From positions 11,864-75,863 of the forward strand of contig QHXX01000029.1 in NCBI GenBank assembly GCA_003223135.1: DNA of 64,000 bases, given 5' to 3'. This stretch comes from Acidobacteriota bacterium (GTDB lineage: Bacteria; Acidobacteriota; Polarisedimenticolia; Gp22-AA2). This document shows positions 9,793 to 18,881 of this stretch, piece after piece. Position numbers and translations under genes: made by a program. Within the stretch, counting starts at the first letter, position 1. Every line of letters starts with the position of its first letter. A model generated the notes under the pieces. That model did not search any database. It worked only from the letters and a program-made list of their open reading frames with translations, and had not been told where the DNA came from.

Positions 9793-11363
9793 CCGACGCC
9801 GCCGCAGGGCGATGGGCGTGGCTCGTGCTGCTGCTCTGCCTCGCAGTCCTCCTGGTTTCTCAGCAGGGGAGTCTGGGGTTCCAGCCGGGCCACCATGGCT
9901 ACCTCACTTCCATGGGACTGGCCATGGCGAAAAACCTGAGCCCGGAAAACAGATTCCTCATGTTCACCCAGGTCGCAATCGACGAAGGGGGCAACAAGGT
10001 CTTCAGTCCGCACAATCGCTTCCCCGTCCTTTCCTACGTGCTCATCAAGGGGGCCATGTCTCTCTCCGGGGGCGATCTCGATGCGCAAATGCGATGGGCC
10101 CACCAACTCATGAACCTGTTCTTCTGGGGGGGACTCGTCTGCAGCTACCTCCTCATCCGGCAAATGTCCGGAAGACCGCTGCTGGCCATTGCGGTCTGCC
10201 TCATCAGCTATTCCTCCTACTACATGCAGTATTACAACGACATGATATTCAACGACATTCCGGCTCTCTTCGGGTTTCTGCTGGTCCTCCTCGGGGTTGT
10301 CTCGTGGCGGCACACCGGCTCAGGTCAACTTCTTTACATCGGGATCTTCGTGGCGATAGCACTGGGTTGGCAGGCCTACGCGGTTCTGGTCTGCTGGACC
10401 ACGCTGGAAGCTCTGTGGATTGCGAAACGCTCCTGGCGGAACCGAGTGGTCGCCGTGACAACGATTGTCCGCCACCCCGCCACGCGCGCGCTGGCGGTTG
10501 GTGTCTTGTGGGGTGGTTCGCTTTTGAGCTTCAATCTCTACAACGAATCCCGGGTGATGCACCAGGACATCGGAGATCTGCCTTCGGCGCGCTCCATCAA
10601 GTTCAGGCTGGGCCTGGCAGGAGGTGCGGCGGACTTTCCGACCTACCAGGATCTGCGATGGCGCCCGTTTTTGGAGATGCAAGTGCGGAGAATCCTCAAG
10701 GCAGCCGTCCCGACCCGTCCCCTGCACGGCCTGCTGGACAAGTTCAGTGACCGGATGCAAGGACGCGGCGGCCTGAGACTCGTGGGCCTCCTGATTCTGC
10801 CGGTGGTGGTCTTCTCCTATTTCTTCTGGCGGCTCTTCCGTGAGAGCGCGGATCGACTCGCGCTCCTCGCAGTCTTCCTATCGGGGCTCTTCTGGACGAT
10901 CCCCATGAAGTACTTCACGGCCTTCCACGATTTTCAGGGTATCTTCTATGTGGGCATGGTCCTTGTCATTTACCTCGCGATGCTGCACAGACTGCCTGAA
11001 AATGCTCTCGGTGCGGTCGTGGGTCTGGCCATGGTGGTGTTCGTCTATTCCAATGCCGACCTGAATCGGCAGAAGGCCGAGGGATCGAAATATTTCGCCT
11101 CCTACACCCGCGATTTCGCGAAGATCGACGCTCTGATCGGCAACGGAAGGCGAATCCAGGCGGGGACCGATGACAAGGAGTTCGAGCAGGAGAGTAAGCA
11201 GCTACGCTTCTACATGGCCGGCGATTACTATTCCGACGCGAGCCACGCGGAGTTCATCCTGTCCAAGAACAGGGCGCATAACGACTCCTTGATGACGCCC
11301 GACAACGAAGCCGTGTTTCTCTTCCGCAACGCGGCCGGTCGCCCGCTTCAGCCGGCGGAGTAG
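9789..11363 (+). CDS. Polytopic membrane protein, probable GT-C-fold enzyme
   Basis: Many TM helices, HNRFP, DMIFNDIP; coupled to upstream gene; the usual acidic pair after TM1 is not obvious. Confidence 0.6.
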   Translation: MTDAAAGRWAWLVLLLCLAVLLVSQQGSLGFQPGHHGYLTSMGLAMAKNLSPENRFLMFTQVAIDEGGNKVFSPHNRFPVLSYVLIKGAMSLSGGDLDAQMRWAHQLMNLFFWGGLVCSYLLIRQMSGRPLLAIAVCLISYSSYYMQYYNDMIFNDIPALFGFLLVLLGVVSWRHTGSGQLLYIGIFVAIALGWQAYAVLVCWTTLEALWIAKRSWRNRVVAVTTIVRHPATRALAVGVLWGGSLLSFNLYNESRVMHQDIGDLPSARSIKFRLGLAGGAADFPTYQDLRWRPFLEMQVRRILKAAVPTRPLHGLLDKFSDRMQGRGGLRLVGLLILPVVVFSYFFWRLFRESADRLALLAVFLSGLFWTIPMKYFTAFHDFQGIFYVGMVLVIYLAMLHRLPENALGAVVGLAMVVFVYSNADLNRQKAEGSKYFASYTRDFAKIDALIGNGRRIQAGTDDKEFEQESKQLRFYMAGDYYSDASHAEFILSKNRAHNDSLMTPDNEAVFLFRNAAGRPLQPAE

Positions 11364-11429
11364 CTCGATGGCATGGTCCGAGGCGCCATAGAGTTTCGTA
11401 TCCTCGCTCCCCTGGCTTAACCGAATCGG

Positions 11430-12899
11430 ATGAAGAACGATCGCTGGCTCTGGGCCATCCTCCTTCTGGGAGCGGCCGTTCGCCTGGTCGGTCTCGGAGA
11501 GCGCAGCCTTTCCTACGACGAGTGTCAGCAGTTCTGGGCTTCGCAGGGGAACGTATTAATCTCGAATCGCGTGATCACGCTGGATCCGCCGGGGTTCGCA
11601 GGCCTGCTCCACCTCCACGCCGCCGCCGGCCGAAGTGAGGCCTGGCTGCGTCTCCTGCCCTGTCTCTTCGGCATCCTCGCGATCGCCGCCGTCTACCGTC
11701 TTGGCATCGCAGGCACCGCCAACCGATGGACGGCCCGGGCGGCTGCCTTCTTCATCGCCCTTGCGCCCTACCCCATTCGATATTCCCAGTCCCTTCGCGT
11801 CTACAGCCAGGCGATTTTCTTCGCCGCCGTGCTCGTCGCGGCGTTCTTGCAGGTGAAGGACGGGGGAGACCGGCGGGGATGGAGCGACGTGCTCATCCTG
11901 GGATTCTCCACCTTCGCGGCCCTCCTCTCCGTCTATGGCAGTGTCTGGCTCATCTTGATGATGGCGATCCTCCTGGCCTGGCGCGGCCGCCGGGAAAGAG
12001 GGCGGGCGTGGCGGCGGGCCGTGATCGGTCTGGCAGCGGGAACCATTCTTTGCATTCCCTGGTATCTGCTCTCCCTTCCGGTGCAGCTCACCGAAGGGAC
12101 GCCGTCTTCCTTCTACGAGGACAAGTTCCTTCCCCTTTCCTTTCTGCCCGCCGTCGGCTTCCTGATCCGGGGCACCTCGGATCTCTTCGCCTTCCTTTCT
12201 TTCATCCACCCGGGGACCGGCTTTCTCTTCGGCGCCCTGGCGGTCCTCGGGATGGTCCGCCTCCGCCGACAGCGGTGCTGTGCAGACCTGCAGGTCGTCT
12301 TCCTGGGGAGTCTCGTGTCAGCGGCCGCCGCCTCCGCCTTTCGCCTCTATCCGTACGGGGGAACCCGGCAGATGCTGTTCGCCTCACCCGTCTTCTATGT
12401 TCTGGGCGCGGCCGGCATCGAGTCGCTGCGCCATCATCTTCGAGGAGTGCCGGCCGTCGTCGTCCTGATGGCCATCGCCGGTGGCTCCGGGATTTTCCTC
12501 TACCGGTACCACACCGAGCCCGGGGGCCAGGAAATGCGCCCGGTGATTCGGTCGCTGGAGGTGGCGGCCCGTCCCGAGGACCGGATTCTGGTCAACAAGG
12601 ACGCGCTGCCCCAGTTCCGGTTCTACTACCGCGGGAGCCGGGTCCGGGTGGTGGAGGGCAAGGAATCGGTGATTCGAGACTATATCTCCGAGGTGAATCG
12701 TATGATGGCCACCGCCCCCCAATCGCGATGGTGGCTTGTCTTCTCTCACGGCTGGAGCGCCGAGCGGCGTGGGGAGCTGGCAGCAGTCGATTCCCGTTTC
12801 CTGGCCGGGGAGCGATTCGAGGCCTACCGTGCCGCCGCCTACCTTTTCATGCCCCGGACCGGTTCCCCGCCAGCACCCGGGGACGGAGAAGAGCCGTGA
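11430..12899 (+). CDS. GT-C (GT39/PMT_2-like) membrane glycosyltransferase
   Basis: SLSYDE loop, DPPGF, WLRLLP, YSQSLRVYS. Confidence 0.82.
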   Translation: MKNDRWLWAILLLGAAVRLVGLGERSLSYDECQQFWASQGNVLISNRVITLDPPGFAGLLHLHAAAGRSEAWLRLLPCLFGILAIAAVYRLGIAGTANRWTARAAAFFIALAPYPIRYSQSLRVYSQAIFFAAVLVAAFLQVKDGGDRRGWSDVLILGFSTFAALLSVYGSVWLILMMAILLAWRGRRERGRAWRRAVIGLAAGTILCIPWYLLSLPVQLTEGTPSSFYEDKFLPLSFLPAVGFLIRGTSDLFAFLSFIHPGTGFLFGALAVLGMVRLRRQRCCADLQVVFLGSLVSAAAASAFRLYPYGGTRQMLFASPVFYVLGAAGIESLRHHLRGVPAVVVLMAIAGGSGIFLYRYHTEPGGQEMRPVIRSLEVAARPEDRILVNKDALPQFRFYYRGSRVRVVEGKESVIRDYISEVNRMMATAPQSRWWLVFSHGWSAERRGELAAVDSRFLAGERFEAYRAAAYLFMPRTGSPPAPGDGEEP

Positions 12900-14905
12900 C
12901 GGGGCCCCGGCGTCCATTGCTATGGGGTCTGGTGGTTCTCGTCGTCGCCCTCGCTCTTTCGCTTCTCCCGGGGGAAATGGCCGGCACGACGGGTGGCGCG
13001 CTCCTCGGACTGTTTCTCCCCGGTTACGCCCTCTTGTTGTGCCTCGGAACCCGTGGCCGACTTGACTGGCCGCCTGATGTCCTCGACTGCGTTGCGGCCT
13101 CGCTTGCGATTACCCCGCTTGCTCTCCGCTTGGCCTCTGTCATCCTTCCATTCGACCGACTTCACGTGCTCGGTGTGTTGGCCGGGGTCACACTAGGGAT
13201 GCTTGTCCTCGGCGCGCTTCGCCCCAGAGTCGCCCTCACGCCCTCCCGCAGAAAGACTCCGCTCGCCGTCCTCGCGATCGTGATCGCGACGCTGCTTTTC
13301 CTGGCGCCGACTTTGGCTATCGGCCCGACCCCCGAAGGCGGGGAGAGCCGGGTCAAAGGGTGGGACCTGAATAACCATTTGGCGATCGCCGAGTCGATCG
13401 CGACCCGGGGACTGCCTCCGCTCAACCCGTTCCTGGCGACTGATTCCCCCTTCTATTACCACACCTTCTTTCATATCCTCCTGGGAGCGGTGCTGGTTGT
13501 CGCCGGGAATGGTGCCCATTCCTACCTGCTCATTTCCTTGCTCACGCTCCTGCTCGCTGCCGTCTTCCTCTCCACCTTCTACCGGGCAGTCTCGGAGTTC
13601 ACGGGCGACGACCGTGTCGCCCTCTTCTCGCTGCCACTGGTCAGTCTGGTCGGCGGTTTCGACATGATTCCGATGGCCGTCAAGGCCTTTTTCGAAAAGG
13701 ACGGAATCCATTCCCCAGTGGACTTCTTTCTGCGGCACTGGAACGTGGATGGCTGGGTTTCCAACCGGGGAATGCTGGTGCCCAGCTTCTTCGCCAGCTT
13801 CTACTGGGTGCCCCATGCGGTCGCGGCCGTGGTGGTCTTCCTGCTGGCTCTGCTCTACCTCAGGAGGACCGAGGCCGACACCGGGGCCGTGGCCGCGGTC
13901 TTCCTGGCCTCGATGGCCGGTTACAACGGATACGTGGCCCTGGCCGGCGCGGCGACCCTGATTCTGCTGCGGGGCATCGATCTCGTGAGGTTCCTCGCCT
14001 CCGGTTTCCGGACCGGCCGCGGCATTCTCCTCCGCAGCGCGCTGGTTGGAGGTTTTGCGATTCTCCTCAGCCTGCCGGTCCTGAACCTTTATGTCGGCCA
14101 CGAAGGAGACACAGCCAAGTTTCGTTGGGCGCGGCCGGGGCCGCTCGCTCCCCTACAGATCATCCTGGAATTTGGACCGGCCCTCATCCTGGGCCTGGTG
14201 GGGCTGGCTATGTCCCGGCGTCAAGTAACCGAAAAGGGGGGAACGATCCCCTTTCTCTTGATGGGTGTCGTAAGCCTGCCCCTCATCTGCCTGGTGGCCT
14301 CCACGGGCGAAAACAATGACCTGGCGATGCGGATCTCCATGCTCCTGTGGCTGTGCCTTGCCGTTTTCAGCGGCGTCGCCCTGAATCGCATTCTGGAGGT
14401 CTTCCCGGATCCGGCGTCCGCGACTTGGACGGACCGGATCGCGTCGCTGGCCGCGCTGGCGCTCGGCTTTCTCTCGGTTGTCTGGTTCGCAATCGGTGCC
14501 GCGGTGGCCAAGCCGACCCTTCCCGCCGACGAGGTGGCGGCTGGCCGATGGGTCAGGACCCATATCGCGTCGGGTCTACTGGTGCAGGGGTCTCCGCTTC
14601 GGAGTAGTCCTGAGCTGGTCTACCTGACCGGCCATCCAGCGGTCCTCTCGGACACCTGGGCCGCCGGACTGTTCTACTCGGAGCCGGAAGACTTTGCGCG
14701 CCGGATGACCTCCTTGCGCGAGGCCTTTTCGAACCCCGATCCCTCAATCACCTGTCCCATCCTGCGGTCGCTGGGCATTGCGGTCCTTGTGGTGGGCCCG
14801 CCGGAGGAGCGGGATTTTCCACTCCTCGTCCGCCCCAACCCGTGGCCGTGCCTCGCAGAGGCCTATCATCGAGGCACCTATCGGGTCTACCGGCTGTTGC
14901 CCTGA
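12896..14905 (+). CDS. Large polytopic membrane protein, probable GT-C-like transferase
   Basis: GTG at 12896 overlaps the upstream TGA; FLPGY, WDLNNH, PPLNPF, FYYH, WVPH motifs and a soluble C-terminal domain. Confidence 0.7.
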   Translation: MTGPRRPLLWGLVVLVVALALSLLPGEMAGTTGGALLGLFLPGYALLLCLGTRGRLDWPPDVLDCVAASLAITPLALRLASVILPFDRLHVLGVLAGVTLGMLVLGALRPRVALTPSRRKTPLAVLAIVIATLLFLAPTLAIGPTPEGGESRVKGWDLNNHLAIAESIATRGLPPLNPFLATDSPFYYHTFFHILLGAVLVVAGNGAHSYLLISLLTLLLAAVFLSTFYRAVSEFTGDDRVALFSLPLVSLVGGFDMIPMAVKAFFEKDGIHSPVDFFLRHWNVDGWVSNRGMLVPSFFASFYWVPHAVAAVVVFLLALLYLRRTEADTGAVAAVFLASMAGYNGYVALAGAATLILLRGIDLVRFLASGFRTGRGILLRSALVGGFAILLSLPVLNLYVGHEGDTAKFRWARPGPLAPLQIILEFGPALILGLVGLAMSRRQVTEKGGTIPFLLMGVVSLPLICLVASTGENNDLAMRISMLLWLCLAVFSGVALNRILEVFPDPASATWTDRIASLAALALGFLSVVWFAIGAAVAKPTLPADEVAAGRWVRTHIASGLLVQGSPLRSSPELVYLTGHPAVLSDTWAAGLFYSEPEDFARRMTSLREAFSNPDPSITCPILRSLGIAVLVVGPPEERDFPLLVRPNPWPCLAEAYHRGTYRVYRLLP

Positions 14906-14911
14906 GAGACC

Positions 14912-15800
14912 CTATCGTACTTCGGCAGTGGATCCGACGACCTCGGCGGTCAAGGGTTCGCTCGTGGCGCCGCGGACCGTAGCACGATCGAAGTGGAGGT
15001 CGGATCTTCCGCGTCCCAGCGCCAGGAAATCGATGAGAAGGATAGCACCCGATCCGTTGAATGTTCCGGAGGAGCGGACGAACGACAGCCCGACGGCCAG
15101 ATCTCCGGGCCTGTCGGGATTCACTGAAGCCAGGAAGATCGGCTGGAGAGAGCGGCCGTTCAGTGCCGGTCCGGTTCGGGTCCCGACGTACTGAAGAACC
15201 CCCGGATCGAATTGGAGGTGAAATGGAACGCTCGTGACATCACGCGCCCCGGTCAGGGCGACCGCAACCGAGATCGTCTCGCCTCGGGAGACTGCATGTC
15301 GATCGGGGGCCAGGGTCAGGCGCAGGGATTGAGCGTCCTGGGGCTCCGGAACAGTCGCTTCACTCTCGGATGGTTGGGATTCATCGTTCTGTCCGGGACG
15401 GTCGTGATTCGGAGCCGTCGACTGCGGACCCGTTGCAGGCATCGACGGAGAGCCCGGGAAGCTGCCGCCTGCGATCCAACCGATCGAAGCCACCTGGTTC
15501 ACAGCGGGCTGCGGGTGCTCCTGCGGCGACGCAGCCGCCGGCGCGCGCGAAGCCGAGCCCACCCCCTGCTCCATCGGCGATGCTCCGATCCGTGGTTGCG
15601 ATCGCCGCAAGTTCAGCCGCCGGGTAGAACGAGGGCGGCACGGGCGCCCCGGTCATCATGGCGAGCGTGGTCGGGGAGGTCGGAAGGCCCCCGGAGGTCG
15701 GCTGCCTGTAGTGATAATAGTCCCAGAGAGGGAGGGCCAGGAGAGTTCCGGCCATGAGCGCGGCCCCCGCCATGATGGACCAGTAGATGATTCGGCTCAT
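14912..15800 (-). CDS. Membrane-anchored cohesin-domain protein with Pro-rich linker; frameshifted near 15570-15600
   Basis: N-terminal TM segment is in ORF 15381..15800; cohesin-like beta-sandwich (VPFHLQFDPGVLQY, GSGAILLIDF) is in ORF 14912..15610, a different frame. Confidence 0.7.
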
Positions 15801-16387
15801 CAGGGCACCTGAACGACCCCGCCGTGTCCGGGGCCGAAGGAGGCGGCGACGACGCTACCGTTCTCATCGATGATCTGGTTGTTGATCGAGCCGCCCGTGT
15901 TGAAGTCGACGGTGCCCACGCCGCTGGCCACCTTGACGAAATGGAACGTAATGAGACTCGCGCTGCCTACGGCGGAGACGCTCGAATCGGGCCTGAAGAG
16001 CGTTGCGCTGGCCACGATATCCCCCGGCGAAGGATTCGTGACGAAGAACTGCGGTGGGATCGGCGGGCTACCCTGTTGGAGAAGAGGGCCCGGGCTGAAG
16101 CTCTGATACTCGATCACCGAGGACGGATAGTTGATTTCGAACCCGACCGTGAAGATCCCCGAAAGGTTCGTCACCAAAACGCTGATGTCGACCGAATCGC
16201 AGGAACTGATCGGCGACAGGAGATAGACATCCCCCGCTCCCGGGGAGCCGATCGAGGGGGCGAAGGCGATCGGGGTACACGGCATCACGTCGTCTCCGTT
16301 GCCCTTGCCGCCCTTGCATCCCAGTCCGAGCACAAGGAGCAGCACGCCGAGAGGAGCGACGCCGGTCAGCAGTCTTCTTCTGTTCAT
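15800..16387 (-). CDS. Lipoprotein with cohesin-like domain
   Basis: Lipobox LGLGC; VGFEINYPSSVIEYQSFSPGPLL and GSASLITFHF resemble cohesin strands. Confidence 0.7.
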   Translation of the reverse strand: MNRRRLLTGVAPLGVLLLVLGLGCKGGKGNGDDVMPCTPIAFAPSIGSPGAGDVYLLSPISSCDSVDISVLVTNLSGIFTVGFEINYPSSVIEYQSFSPGPLLQQGSPPIPPQFFVTNPSPGDIVASATLFRPDSSVSAVGSASLITFHFVKVASGVGTVDFNTGGSINNQIIDENGSVVAASFGPGHGGVVQVP

Positions 16388-17205
16388 GGACAGACCGCCA
16401 ACCGCTGACCGAGGTAACTCACGAGGATGTCAAGATCGGCGCCTCCCACGTCACCGTCGCCGTCCAGATCGGCACTCGCGATGTAGGCGGGATCGGAGCT
16501 CAGCGTGTTCCAGGCACGGGCGAGAAGATTCAGGTCGAACAGGTCGATCTTGCAGTCGCGGTTGATGTCCGCGGTCTTCACCACGGTCAGGGTGTTCGGC
16601 CTGCTTGCCATACCGCTGTCAGGGTTCGTGACGGACAGGGTCCTGGGCCCCAGGAGCGCAGAGGAGCTTACGGTGATCGACGCAGTCAAGTGGCCCGAGT
16701 CCATCAGTGAGGTTGGGCCGACGCTGATGTCGGCGCCCAATCCCACAGTAGCACCGCTCTGGAAATTGCTCCCGTTCACCTGGATGGTCTGGCTTCCGGA
16801 CTGCAGAATGTAAACCGACCCCGTACCAAGCTCGACGGCTTGACTGATGGTCGGCGTCAGCGTCGTCACCGTCGGCTGGACGGCGACTTCGTTCGAAGGC
16901 AAGCTCTCGTTCCCCGCGCGGTCGTAGGCGGTGACCACGAAGTAGTAGGTCGTGTTCGCTGCGAGGTTCGGGACCGAATAGCCGTTGACCGGGCCAACAT
17001 CGATGACGGGAAGGGTGTAACTGCGCGAAGCGGTGCCGAAGTGGATCCGATAGCCCGCCAGGTCCGATTCGAGGTTGGCGTCCCAAGCGAGACTGACCAC
17101 CGTACCCGCTTCGAGGATTCCAGTCGGCCATATCAAAAGGATTAGACCGATCAGGAATCCGGTCGAGCCGACCACCGACTGTAAGAGCCCGCGGTGAGTC
17201 GTCAT
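16384..17205 (-). CDS. Secreted Fn3 + Ig/IPT-like + dockerin protein
   Basis: Signal peptide; Fn3 (LAWDAN..LAGYRI..YYFVVTAYDRAGNES); duplicated Ca-binding loops ADINRDCKIDLFD and ADLDGDGDVGGAD. Confidence 0.85.
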   Translation of the reverse strand: MTTHRGLLQSVVGSTGFLIGLILLIWPTGILEAGTVVSLAWDANLESDLAGYRIHFGTASRSYTLPVIDVGPVNGYSVPNLAANTTYYFVVTAYDRAGNESLPSNEVAVQPTVTTLTPTISQAVELGTGSVYILQSGSQTIQVNGSNFQSGATVGLGADISVGPTSLMDSGHLTASITVSSSALLGPRTLSVTNPDSGMASRPNTLTVVKTADINRDCKIDLFDLNLLARAWNTLSSDPAYIASADLDGDGDVGGADLDILVSYLGQRLAVCP

Positions 17206-17263
17206 CGCCCCCCCTAGGCAGCCGGCAAAACGGCAGGCCGGAGACTGCGGACATATTGGTCAC

Positions 17264-17279
17264 TGCAAGCGGGCTGCCA
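17264..17279 (-). promoter_or_regulatory. Sigma-54 (-24/-12) promoter
   Basis: Minus strand TGGCAGCCCGCTTGCA; GG-N10-GC spacing, ~60 nt upstream of the dockerin gene start. Confidence 0.72.
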
Positions 17280-17343
17280 CCACCGATAGTGTTATGCCGC
17301 GATTCCTCCTTCGCAACCCTCTGATTCCAAATACTTCAACGCC

Positions 17344-17401
17344 TGTCGACATTTGGAGCATGGGCTGTCGGAGATGTGGCACCCTGTCAACGTAATCGAC
17401 A
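17344..17401. promoter_or_regulatory. Candidate enhancer-binding protein sites (TGT-N11-ACA type)
   Basis: TGTCAACGTAATCGACA at 17385-17401 and near-match TGTCGACATTTGGAGCA at 17344-17360, 65-120 bp upstream of the -24 box. Confidence 0.5.
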
Positions 17402-17689
17402 CTGACAATTTCGTGTCCTTCGCTGAGGACATCAGCGTAGATTAATTAGCTCACAGGACCTGGCGCCGCCAGGTGACAGATTGGCTCGGAGGTCGAAGAA
17501 TTGCCGTGCCGGTGAGCGCGCGATCGCGGGGTCCTGTTTGACACCCCCAGCGCGCTTTGGCTACCATCGCCTCGGCCATTCTCTCCAGGTCCCAGCAAGC
17601 GAGGCAGAAGGCCAGGAGCGGCCGCGGCCATCGGGGGCGCGAAAGATGATCGGCGCCCCGGGCTGGGTCGCCCGGAGCGTCCGTTCGGC

Positions 17690-17983
17690 GTGGGAAGAAA
17701 CGTCAGGCTGAGGTTGGAAAGCCGCATCGTCTACGTGGACCTGGTCCACGAGATGACCGAGGGGCTCGCCCGCAGGATCTGGACCCACACCTCCAACCCT
17801 CTCGACCGGGAGAACATCTTCCGCACGAGCGGCAGAGGCATCTTCTTCATGAAACATTTCGTCGACCGGGTCGAGTTCCAGCGCCGCCGGGGGCAGGGAA
17901 CCGAGGTCGTCCTCGAGAAAAAATTCGAACAGGCCGGCCGTGCCGGGCGCGGCGGCGAGGTCATCAAGCGGAGGAAGGGATGA
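17690..17983 (+). pseudogene. RsbW-like anti-sigma factor kinase with in-frame internal deletion
   Basis: N-terminus (LRLESRIVYVDLV) joined directly to NPLDRENIFRTSGRGIFFM...GTEV; N-box (EAxxNA) and G1 box (DxG) are absent. Confidence 0.72.
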
Positions 17984-18315
17984 AGGCCAACGCCAGGCAC
18001 CACGGGAAAGTCACCGTCGTCGACCTCTCCGGGAAGATTACCATCGGGGAGGGGGACATCAAGCTCCGCCAGGCGGTCAACTCGATTCTGGACGAGGGCC
18101 GCAAGAACGTCATCCTGAATCTGGGCGGCGTGTCCTACATGGACAGCGCCGGGATCGGCGAGCTGGTGGCCTGCTACAAGCGCGCCCGGGAGAAGGGCGC
18201 GGCCCTCAAATTGCTGAATCCCAACGGCAAGGTTCAGGATCTGCTCATCCTGACCAAACTTCAAGAGATCTTCGACATCTACCGCGACGAGCGCGAGGCG
18301 CTGGCCAGCTTCTAG
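17980..18315 (+). CDS. STAS-domain anti-sigma factor antagonist
   Basis: VSYMDSAGIGELV phosphorylation motif; 111 aa. Confidence 0.95.
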   Translation: MKANARHHGKVTVVDLSGKITIGEGDIKLRQAVNSILDEGRKNVILNLGGVSYMDSAGIGELVACYKRAREKGAALKLLNPNGKVQDLLILTKLQEIFDIYRDEREALASF

Positions 18316-18499
18316 CCGGGCCGGCGCCCGGCTCCCCGCCGGTGCGCGTTCTTTCCCTCTCTTGACGGCGCTCCCCCAGGAGGAGTATCTATGGTGTCCG
18401 ATCGGGGACGCCGCGACACCGCACCCCGTCATCCCGTGTCCCATTCCTCCCTGTCCTCCAGGTGTCGAGGCACGACCCACGATCTTGGAGGACCACCCT

Positions 18500-18868
18500 A
18501 TGACCGGACTGACCTGGTTGCGTCGTCGCGGGCCCTGGCACATCGAGACCCGCTCCATGGCCGACTGGCAGATCCTGCAGGTGCGAGGGAAATTCGTCTC
18601 GGGGGAGCCGCACAAGAGATTCCTTGAGGCGGCCGACGGCCTCCTGCAATCCGGAGCCCGGCGGGTCGTCGTCGACCTGACGGAGTCGCTCCTGGCCGAC
18701 GACAGCGTGGCCAGCGCGGCGACGGAGGTGTACCACAAGGCACGCGAGAAGGGGGTCGAGATCCGCTTCATCGTGCAGCCGGGCCAGGCGGGCGGCTATT
18801 ACCACATGGCCGGCCTGGAGATGACCATCCCCACCTTCTCGAGACTGAACGGCGCCATCGAGATCTGA
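18500..18868 (+). CDS. Divergent STAS-domain protein
   Basis: GGAGG SD before ATG 18500; RVVVDLT..ADDS STAS-like pattern. Confidence 0.7.
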   Translation: MTGLTWLRRRGPWHIETRSMADWQILQVRGKFVSGEPHKRFLEAADGLLQSGARRVVVDLTESLLADDSVASAATEVYHKAREKGVEIRFIVQPGQAGGYYHMAGLEMTIPTFSRLNGAIEI

Positions 18869-18881
18869 GCGTCATCTGGTC

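Noticed and set aside
11726-12895. N-terminal ~390 aa of the 1059-aa ORF
   Set aside because: Arg/Pro-rich off-frame read of the 11430 gene; the real start is the coupled GTG at 12896.
18390-18490. c-di-GMP riboswitch in the STAS leader
   Set aside because: GGCAAA/GNRA-receptor consensus elements are absent.
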